NCBI GenBank assembly: GCA_046582425.1
Contig: JAYGEJ010000042.1
Span: 1-31,814 of the forward strand
Length of the DNA: 31,814 nucleotides
Direction of reading: 5' to 3'
Source of the DNA: Alphaproteobacteria bacterium
GTDB lineage: Bacteria; Pseudomonadota; Alphaproteobacteria; TMED109
A program made the position numbers and the translations under genes. Below the pieces are notes generated by a model that was not told the origin of the DNA, did not search any database, and worked only from the letters and a program-made list of their open reading frames with translations. Each line of letters starts with the position of its first letter. Within the stretch, counting starts at the first letter, position 1. Below, piece after piece: positions 21,225 through 28,397 of the stretch.

Positions 21225-22850
21225 CTACAGCTCTTTTAAATTATTACTTTTTATACCCAATATAGGAGCAATGTGTGTAATAATTTTTTTTGACAAAGGT
21301 ACTGCATTAAAGCCTGCAGTTCTTCCCCAAACTCTGGTTTCTTTTAATGCCTTAGGTTCGTCTAATAAAACAAAAATTGCATATTTAGGATTATTAATGG
21401 GAAAAAATGAAATAAACGAGGATATAACTTTTTTATGGTTTTGCTTACCATTTATAAATTTATTTGAAGTACCTGTTTTTCCTCCTACACTATAATCCAA
21501 GGATTGCATTTTTTTAGCAGTACCTTCTATAACTACATTTCTATAATAATTTTTCATAATTTCTGTTACTTGCTTTGAAAAAACTTTAATCCTTGGTCTT
21601 TTATTATATTTTTTATCTTTAACAACCATAGGCTCAATATATTCGCCACCGTTAACAGTGGCAGAAAGAGCTGATATAGCATGCATAGGAGAAATATTTA
21701 TACTATGTCCATATGACATTAAAACTAAATCTAATTCTTTAACCTTATTTTTGGGTATAACTACAGGATTTACAGACTCAAATATTCCTGTATCTAATGG
21801 TTTATTGAAGCCAAGATTTTTGAAATAACTATACTGTAAATCTACACCAAGCATTTGTGCAATCTTAGCAGTTCCAATATTGGATGAAAAAGTAAAAACA
21901 CCTTCAAGATCTAATATTCTATCTTCGCCATGAAAATCGGTAATAGTTTTTCCTTTTAATTTTAATGGCTGTCTAACATCAAATTCACTTTCCTTACTAA
22001 CTATATTCTCATTCAATGCAGATGCTATAGTGAAAGATTTAAATATAGAGCCCATTTCATAGACTGTATTAGTAATTTTATTTTTAGTAGGTTGAAAAGT
22101 AGAATATACATTTGGATCAAAACTAGGCAAACTTACACCTGCAATAACCTCCCCTGAATTAACATCTAAAACAATTCCCACAGCAGCTTTATATTTATAT
22201 AATTCAATTCCATTTTTAAGTTCTTGGTAAATTCTATATTGAACTCTTGTATCAATTGTTAAATTGATATTCTGTCCATTATTTAAAATATCATTGTATT
22301 TTTTTTCGACTCCAGATAATCCATCTTTTTCAGTACCTAGGTATCCTATTATATGGCTTAACTCCTCATTGTAAGGATATACTCTTAAATACTCTTTCTC
22401 AAAATTAAGTGCTGGTTCTCCAAGCTTATTTATATTTTTTGCTATGTAAGGAGGAAGGTGTCTTGAAATATATTGAAAACTTTTATCACTTTTAAGTATT
22501 TTTTCTAACTTAGCTTCATTTAGTTCAGGTAGTATATTTGATAATTCATTCTTAGTTAATTCTATATTATAAATTTTATTTTTATCTTTATATAGAGACC
22601 AAGTAGGCATAGAAACGGCTACAATATTTCCATTCCTGTCTAAAATATTGCCTCTTTTATTAAATTTTACAGAACTAGTATTTAATTGCTCTTTTGCTTT
22701 TAAGGGTTTAGAAGCGTCAATTAATTTAATATTTACTACAATAAATGAAACAAAAAATATAACTGCAATTGCTATAATTCTTTGTTTACATTTCTCTATT
22801 ATTGATTTTTCTAGTCCATCAACTTTAATGCTCTTATCAGCATTTATCAC
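21225..22850 (-). CDS. ftsI: Septal class B penicillin-binding protein PBP3
   Basis: Single N-terminal TM, RGNILDRNG, catalytic SIFK (SxxK), SSN (SxN), KTG. GTG start. Confidence 0.95.
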   Translation of the reverse strand: MINADKSIKVDGLEKSIIEKCKQRIIAIAVIFFVSFIVVNIKLIDASKPLKAKEQLNTSSVKFNKRGNILDRNGNIVAVSMPTWSLYKDKNKIYNIELTKNELSNILPELNEAKLEKILKSDKSFQYISRHLPPYIAKNINKLGEPALNFEKEYLRVYPYNEELSHIIGYLGTEKDGLSGVEKKYNDILNNGQNINLTIDTRVQYRIYQELKNGIELYKYKAAVGIVLDVNSGEVIAGVSLPSFDPNVYSTFQPTKNKITNTVYEMGSIFKSFTIASALNENIVSKESEFDVRQPLKLKGKTITDFHGEDRILDLEGVFTFSSNIGTAKIAQMLGVDLQYSYFKNLGFNKPLDTGIFESVNPVVIPKNKVKELDLVLMSYGHSINISPMHAISALSATVNGGEYIEPMVVKDKKYNKRPRIKVFSKQVTEIMKNYYRNVVIEGTAKKMQSLDYSVGGKTGTSNKFINGKQNHKKVISSFISFFPINNPKYAIFVLLDEPKALKETRVWGRTAGFNAVPLSKKIITHIAPILGIKSNNLKEL

Positions 22851-22860
22851 AATTTATCTC
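22851..22860. repeat. 10-bp direct repeat copy 1 (AATTTATCTC) at the ftsZ/ftsI junction
   Basis: Identical to 24529-24538; flanking bases differ on both sides. Confidence 0.85.
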
Positions 22861-22873
22861 ATTCTTTACAAAA

Positions 22874-24454
22874 TTATTCTTTTTGCCTTCTTAAAAAAGC
22901 AGGGATATCAAGCGTATCTTCAGTATTATTTTTATCTACAGATTTCAACGAAATGTCTGTTTCAAGGGATAATTCATCTTTTTCTTTTATAATATGATCA
23001 TGTTTATTTTCGGTAATATCCGATAGTAATTCTTCCTTATTTGAAGAAATTTCATTTTGTTTTTTTACTGAACTGCCAAATAATGCCTTTGCTGAAAAAC
23101 GTTTAATTAAGCCCTCTTGTGGCTTTATTTCTACTTCTTGCTCATTTTTAGCCTCTTCATTATTAGCAGCTTCTTCTGTATTTATGTTAGATGAAGCATT
23201 TAAAACTTCTGCTTCTGTGAAAGGATCAAGCTTTACTTCCTCCTCTATTACTTCTTTTTCTATAGTTTCTGGTTCAGGAGGAATAAATGACTCTTGACTA
23301 GCATTTAATTCTTTTTGAATTACTTCTTCTTTAATATCTAAATTGCTGATATTAATTTCTGAAGAAGCAGATATATTAGTATTCTCTATAACATTATTCT
23401 CTTCAACTTTAGGGTTTTCTAACTTATTAAGTGTATCTATATTATTATTTACATCTGAAATAATATTTTCTACCTCATTGGTTTTACTTGGACAATCTAT
23501 TCCTGTTGCTACAACAGATACTCTTATACTATTATGCATACTATCATCCTGAGATGCACCAAATATTAGATTTACATCATCATCTGATTGTTGACGAATG
23601 TGATCTACAATTTCATCTACTTCAAATAATGTTAAATCTGGGCCACCAGTAATATTTACTAATACCCCGCGAGCACCTGCTAGTGATACGTCATCTAATA
23701 AAGGATTTGCTATTGCTGCAGCTGCTGAATCTAGAGCTCTGTTGTCCCCCTCTGCATCTCCAGTCCCCATCATAGCCTTACCCATTTCCATCATAACAGA
23801 TCTAACATCTGCAAAGTCAAGGTTTATTAATCCAGGCATTACCATCAAGTCAGTAACTCCTCTAACTCCTGAATATAAAACTTTATCTGCCATTTTAAAT
23901 GCATCTGCAAACGTGGTTTGCGCATTAGCTACTCTAAATAAGTTTTGATTAGGAATAACTATTAAAGTATCTACTGATTTTTGTAACTCATTAATTCCTT
24001 CTTCTGCTAAACGCATTCTGTTTCTTCCTTCAAATTGGAAAGGTTTTGTTACACAACCTACTGTAAGAATTCCTCTTTCTCTTGCAGCTTTCGCAATAAC
24101 AGGAGCGGCTCCTGTCCCAGTTCCGCCTCCCATACCAGCTGTAACAAATAACATATGGGTGCCGTCAATATGCTCTAATATTTGATCAAGAGATTCATCT
24201 GCCGCAGCTCTTCCTATTTCAGGTCTAGCTCCAGCTCCTAAACCTTGAGTTACATTTGCTCCTAATTGAACTCGCATTTGAGCTTGAGAGTTTGCTAAAG
24301 ATTGAGCATCTGTATTAGAAACAACAAATTCAACTCCTTCTAAATGTGAAGAAATCATGTTATTGACTGCATTACAACCTGCCCCTCCAACACCTATTAC
24401 TGTTATTCTTGGCTTTAACTCGTGAGTAGGAGGCACACTAATATTAATTGACAT
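22874..24454 (-). CDS. ftsZ: Cell division protein FtsZ with long acidic linker
   Basis: [11 protein letters not shown], tubulin signature [18 protein letters not shown]-terminal [10 protein letters not shown]; AAGGA RBS. Confidence 0.98.
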   Translation of the reverse strand: MSINISVPPTHELKPRITVIGVGGAGCNAVNNMISSHLEGVEFVVSNTDAQSLANSQAQMRVQLGANVTQGLGAGARPEIGRAAADESLDQILEHIDGTHMLFVTAGMGGGTGTGAAPVIAKAARERGILTVGCVTKPFQFEGRNRMRLAEEGINELQKSVDTLIVIPNQNLFRVANAQTTFADAFKMADKVLYSGVRGVTDLMVMPGLINLDFADVRSVMMEMGKAMMGTGDAEGDNRALDSAAAAIANPLLDDVSLAGARGVLVNITGGPDLTLFEVDEIVDHIRQQSDDDVNLIFGASQDDSMHNSIRVSVVATGIDCPSKTNEVENIISDVNNNIDTLNKLENPKVEENNVIENTNISASSEINISNLDIKEEVIQKELNASQESFIPPEPETIEKEVIEEEVKLDPFTEAEVLNASSNINTEEAANNEEAKNEQEVEIKPQEGLIKRFSAKALFGSSVKKQNEISSNKEELLSDITENKHDHIIKEKDELSLETDISLKSVDKNNTEDTLDIPAFLRRQKE

Positions 24455-24526
24455 GTTTATTTTCCTTTTTTATTAAAAAAATTTTTTTTTCATTGTTGAT
24501 TTTATTAAAATTTGTATGCAACATAA

Positions 24527-24850
24527 TTAATTTATCTCCTTTAATATTTTATTAGTTTTATCTAATTTTTTGGAAAAAATAGTATTCTTAATTTTAATTG
24601 AACTAATGTCATTAATTGGTATGGGTTTCAATTTTAGATATTTATTGTTTAAATACTCAATATGCTTTGCATTTGTTATAAAAGTCCATTCTGCTTCCGC
24701 TATATTAATCTTTTCATCTATTTCTATTATTTTATTTTTAATAATTTCTAATCTAATATCATCATTTTTAAGTTCACTACTAAGCCACATTGACCAAACT
24801 GTTCCTGACACAGAAAAAATTATAATGAAAAGTGTAAAAAAACGCATCAT
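24527..24850 (-). CDS. ftsL: Cell division protein FtsL (alphaproteobacterial type)
   Basis: 107 aa, TM helix plus coiled coil, AEW...IEYL...YLKLKP pattern, ATGA overlap with the rsmH stop. Confidence 0.85.
   Translation of the reverse strand: MMRFFTLFIIIFSVSGTVWSMWLSSELKNDDIRLEIIKNKIIEIDEKINIAEAEWTFITNAKHIEYLNNKYLKLKPIPINDISSIKIKNTIFSKKLDKTNKILKEIN
24529..24538. repeat. 10-bp direct repeat copy 2 (AATTTATCTC) in the last codons of ftsL
   Basis: Identical to 22851-22860. Confidence 0.85.
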
Positions 24851-25836
24851 GCTGCATAATCCATATTATTTAATTTTTCTGCGCATCTTAACTTAGCGGA
24901 CCTTGCCCTAATGTTAGAATTAAGCTCTTCATCGCTAGCTAATAAAACTTTTTTTGTAATAAGTTTGAAAGAAGGTTTGTTTTTTACATCTTTAGAATAA
25001 ATACTAGCAGAATGTCTATGCGGGTTAGGGTTTAGACCACTTTTAGATCTTAAAAATTTCTTAACTATTTTATCTTCTAAAGAGTGAAAAGAAATTACAA
25101 CTAATCTTGCCCCAGGAGCTAATAATTTTTCTGCATCTCTCAAGGCTTTCTCAATTTCATCTAATTCATTATTAACTTTAATTCTTAAGGCTTGAAAAGT
25201 TTTAGTTGCTGGATCAATTTTTAGTTTAGGATTATTGCCAATTGTATTTCTTATTAGATTCGACAACTCTAGTGTAGAAGTTATAGGTTTGTTTTTTCGA
25301 TGATTAACTATAGCCCGTGCTATTCTTCGTGCTTTTTTCTCTTCTCCTAAGGTATATATTATATCATTCAATGTTTTTTCATCAGTTTTATTTATTAACT
25401 CTTCAGCAGATTTTCCAATTTGGTCCATTCTCATATCTAACGGGCCATCATTCTTAAAAGAAAAACCTCTGTCAGGATTATCTATTTGCATAGAAGAAAC
25501 GCCTAAATCAAATAAAATACCTCCATCAATACTAGAAATTCCATTACTCTTTAGTAGAAACTTTAATCTTCCTATGTTACCAGCTATAAACTTAAAATTA
25601 TCAGGGAATCTATCTTGAATTTCTTTTTTGAAAGTTTTAACTGAAGGGTCTCTGTCTATTGATATAACATTACAATTTGCTGCTGAAAGTATCATATTTG
25701 TGTGACCACCAGCGCCAAAAGTGCCATCTACGTATGTAAGACCATCTCTAATATTTAAGTTTTCGAGTACTGTTTCAGCTAAAACAGGTATATGATTATT
25801 TTTCAAAATACTTTTATGAGAAATAATTTTTATCAC
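24847..25836 (-). CDS. rsmH: 16S rRNA m4C1402 methyltransferase (MraW)
   Basis: HIPVL, DGTFGAGGH, DLGVSSMQ, GPLDMRM, FQALRI, ISFHSLED, RARSAKLR. GTG start with AAGGA 7 nt upstream. Confidence 0.97.
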   Translation of the reverse strand: MIKIISHKSILKNNHIPVLAETVLENLNIRDGLTYVDGTFGAGGHTNMILSAANCNVISIDRDPSVKTFKKEIQDRFPDNFKFIAGNIGRLKFLLKSNGISSIDGGILFDLGVSSMQIDNPDRGFSFKNDGPLDMRMDQIGKSAEELINKTDEKTLNDIIYTLGEEKKARRIARAIVNHRKNKPITSTLELSNLIRNTIGNNPKLKIDPATKTFQALRIKVNNELDEIEKALRDAEKLLAPGARLVVISFHSLEDKIVKKFLRSKSGLNPNPHRHSASIYSKDVKNKPSFKLITKKVLLASDEELNSNIRARSAKLRCAEKLNNMDYAA

Positions 25837-25855
25837 TTGTTTATCCTTAATTAAT

Positions 25856-26293
25856 TTAAGATTTATTTTTTCTTCTTTTATCCATATATAATTTGGCTCT
25901 ATCTATATAATCATCAAATATTTCTGGATTCCAAATTCTAAATCTTCTTCCCATTCCTACAAATAATGCCTCAGCCTCAATATTACTTTCCGCTCTTAAT
26001 GAGCTAGATAAAATAACTCTACCTTCAGAATCAAAAGATAAAACAGAACCTCCAAATAGAACTGTAGACTCATATTCATTCTCTTCTAAAAGAGGATCAT
26101 TTAAATCTAATTTGTTTTGTAATAATTCTAAATATTCGCGAGGATATGCATCTATAGATTTTTCAGAAAGAGATGATTGAGCAATTATTCCTGAAAATTC
26201 TTTACCTATTAAACTAAGCCTCCAGGAAGCAGGTACTGAAACTCTGCCTTTTTTATCTACTTTATTTAAATATCGTCCTATAAAATCTGACAC
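25856..26293 (-). CDS. mraZ: Transcriptional regulator MraZ
   Basis: FIGRY..KVDKKGRVSVP and DSEGRVIL duplicated AbrB-like motifs, GMGRRFRIW. GTG start, GAGG upstream. Confidence 0.95.
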   Translation of the reverse strand: MSDFIGRYLNKVDKKGRVSVPASWRLSLIGKEFSGIIAQSSLSEKSIDAYPREYLELLQNKLDLNDPLLEENEYESTVLFGGSVLSFDSEGRVILSSSLRAESNIEAEALFVGMGRRFRIWNPEIFDDYIDRAKLYMDKRRKNKS

Positions 26294-26307
26294 TTTTAAT
26301 CATCCTC

Positions 26308-26381
26308 ACCATAACATTAATCCCAAACTTGGAAATTTATGGGTTTTTATAGTAATATCATGGGAATATATGGTTCGTCAA
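26308..26381 (-). promoter_or_regulatory. mraZ/dcw promoter region with ~10-bp-spaced TGG(G) boxes (candidate MraZ operator)
   Basis: Plus-strand TGG at 26330, 26340, 26361, 26371; minus-strand TGGGA at 26325-26321 and TGGTG at 26312-26308; candidate -35 TTGACG (26381-26376) and -10 TATTAC (26357-26352). MraZ is known to bind TGGGN-type repeats at ~10-bp spacing in other bacteria. Confidence 0.55.
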
Positions 26382-26417
26382 ACATAGATTAATAATTTTG
26401 CATATTTAAACAAATAC

Positions 26418-26774
26418 ATCAGGTAGCCTATAAGCCGGGTTCTGTCTAGAGTGACTATTCATCTGGAGTATTTGTTACCAAATACTTCTTGCAACCTACC
26501 CGACAACACGCTGAAAACGTCGTTACTAATTAAATAGTTTGTTGTATCTACTTGGTCTTGCTCCCAGTGGGGTTTACCATGCCATTTTAGTTACCTAAAA
26601 TGCGGTGCGCTCTTACCGCACCATTTCACCCTTACTTAAATTAAGCGGTATATTTTCTGTTGCACTAATCCCTAGAGTTTCCTCTGCCGGAAGTTATCCG
26701 GCACTGTGTTTCCATGGAGCCCGGACTTTCCTCTCCTAATATTTAAATTAAGAGCAGTCACTTAGCTACCTGAT
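26418..26774 (-). ncRNA. rnpB: RNase P RNA, bacterial type A
   Basis: Universal motifs GAGGAAAGTCCGG (26733-26721) and ACAGAACCCGGCTTA (26445-26431); terminal P1 pairing ATCAGGTAGC/GCTACCTGAT; hairpins such as GCATTTTAG-GTAA-CTAAAATGGC and GTATTTG-GTAA-CAAATAC. Confidence 0.97.
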
Positions 26775-26780
26775 AAAAAT

Positions 26781-26808
26781 ATTATAAAATATTTTAAAAA
26801 AAATTCAA
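26781..26808 (-). promoter_or_regulatory. Putative sigma70 promoter of rnpB
   Basis: TTGAAT (26808-26803), N16, TATAAT (26786-26781), ending 6 nt before the P1 5' end at 26774. Confidence 0.6.
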
Positions 26809-27521
26809 TATAAAGACCTTACTTTATTGAATTCAAGATGAACTGAATAAGCTACTTGCAGTAATGTTTCATTAATATTTGTATTCAAATCATTAGGCAT
26901 AAATCGTCTTTTAAATGCCAGTATACTATCTTTATAATGATTTTTTACATCATAACCAATACTCGATAATAAATTATATAACAATTTATCTGAATAAATA
27001 TCTTCAGGTAAATTAAGAATATTTTTTGGCCAAATTGATATTTTCTTTTTTGCTAATATACGCCATCTAAATTTTTCTCCAGGATCCATTTTTCTGGAAG
27101 GAGCAATATCAGAATGGCCTAATATTCTATCTATTTTAATATTATATTTATTAATTAGTGACTTGATCAGTTCTTCTAATATTTTATATTGATCTAAAGT
27201 AAATTCCTTATAACCATGTTGATGTCCGGGATTTTCTAGTTCTATTCCTATTGATGTTTCATTAAGGTTTTGTCTATCTAACCATTTAGAAACGCCAGCA
27301 TGCCAAGCAATATTTTTATCTTCTACAATTTGCCATAATTTACCTTTTTCATTAATAAAATAATGAGCGCTAACCTTAGACTTCTTATTACACAAATAAT
27401 TTAATGCTTTTTCAGCATTATGCATGCCTGTATAATGTATAATGATTGTATCAATAAGATTTAAGTTTTTTCTTATATCATAATTTGGGGATTTATACTC
27501 ATTGCATACTAATAAGCTCAT
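26805..27521 (-). CDS. ampD: N-acetylmuramoyl-L-alanine amidase (Amidase_2, AmpD-like, no signal peptide)
   Basis: IIIHYT, SAHY, AWHAG, SIGIELEN, GHSD, RKMDPG zinc-amidase motifs; TAATG overlap with djlA. The symbol is tentative (AmpD/AmiD family). Confidence 0.85.
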   Translation of the reverse strand: MSLLVCNEYKSPNYDIRKNLNLIDTIIIHYTGMHNAEKALNYLCNKKSKVSAHYFINEKGKLWQIVEDKNIAWHAGVSKWLDRQNLNETSIGIELENPGHQHGYKEFTLDQYKILEELIKSLINKYNIKIDRILGHSDIAPSRKMDPGEKFRWRILAKKKISIWPKNILNLPEDIYSDKLLYNLLSSIGYDVKNHYKDSILAFKRRFMPNDLNTNINETLLQVAYSVHLEFNKVRSLY

Positions 27522-28312
27522 TAATTCTTATCTTTTCTAAATTTTGTAATTCTTTCATAAGCTTCATTAATATTTGCAAGTCTTTCATTAGCAAATTTAA
27601 GAAATTCCTCGGGTAGCCCTTTTGAAACTAAAGAATCGGGATGATATTCCTTTACCAACTTAAAATATTTCTTTTTTATTTCAACATCTGAATCAGAAGA
27701 ATTAGAAAGTAAGATTTTATAATCATTTTCTAATGCTATACTAGAAGATATTTTTGTATATTGCGATTTAATAGAATCTAAAATACCTATTGGCATATTG
27801 AAGATTATCGAGATATCTTTTATCATTTTTTCTTCATTAATATGAAGTTCGCCATCAGCAAATGCTATTTTATATAAAGAATTAATAAATTCTATGTATA
27901 ATTCTTGTTGATTGCCAAATACTGATACTAATTGTCTTGCATAAACTTCAAACCCCTCGGAGTTCTTTTTAGCATTATTAAAAATTTTACCAATTGCAAC
28001 TTCATCTTTAGGGTCAAAATCAAAAACTTCTCTAAATTTTATAATTTCATCCTGAGTTACCTTACCATCAGCTTTAGATAATTTTGCTGCTATTACAATT
28101 ACACCTGAGGCAAAAGCTAACTGCTTTTCACTCTCATTATACTGTTGAAAGGGTATATTCTCGTTTGATAAATTATCTTCATTTATTAATTTAGTATCTC
28201 TACTTCTAATTTTATCTATTTTATGTCCTAAGGCTAAACCTAATACTGCTCCTAATGGCCCACCTAAGACCATTCCCGTACTTCCTCCTAAAATTTTTCC
28301 CCAAATACTCAT
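27521..28312 (-). CDS. djlA: DnaJ-like co-chaperone DjlA (TM, TerB-like domain, J domain)
   Basis: IWGKILG...GGPLGA N-terminus, AKLSKADGKV, C-terminal J domain with YHPD; GAGG RBS. Confidence 0.93.
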   Translation of the reverse strand: MSIWGKILGGSTGMVLGGPLGAVLGLALGHKIDKIRSRDTKLINEDNLSNENIPFQQYNESEKQLAFASGVIVIAAKLSKADGKVTQDEIIKFREVFDFDPKDEVAIGKIFNNAKKNSEGFEVYARQLVSVFGNQQELYIEFINSLYKIAFADGELHINEEKMIKDISIIFNMPIGILDSIKSQYTKISSSIALENDYKILLSNSSDSDVEIKKKYFKLVKEYHPDSLVSKGLPEEFLKFANERLANINEAYERITKFRKDKN

Positions 28313-28397
28313 ATAATTGTCCTCATTAAAATATAATTTAATTATTAAACTATAATAAAAAATGAAATATATTAATATCTTTATTAGGAGAAATTAA

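Noticed and set aside
24475-24490. A7/T9 inverted run upstream of ftsZ as a terminator
   Set aside because: A-T-only stem with no loop; too weak to call.
8727-24896. Short plus-strand ORFs antisense to ftsA, ftsQ, murB/murC, ftsW, mraY, murF, ftsI, ftsZ and ftsL (including 22648-22992 and 24570-24896), and the out-of-frame minus ORF 19900-20094
   Set aside because: All overlap well-supported essential genes, have shadow-like composition and show no family motifs.
3991-28397. CtrA boxes (TTAA-N7-TTAA) and alphaproteobacterial LexA boxes (GTTC-N7-GTTC) in intergenic regions
   Set aside because: The TTAA pairs I checked had spacers of 3, 5, 6, 8, 13 or more, never 7. No LexA box was seen upstream of recN or bamD.
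28313-28397. TATAAT hexamers in the djlA/oxoprolinase divergent gap
   Set aside because: The region is almost entirely A/T and has no supporting -35 or TG extension, so specific promoters cannot be assigned.
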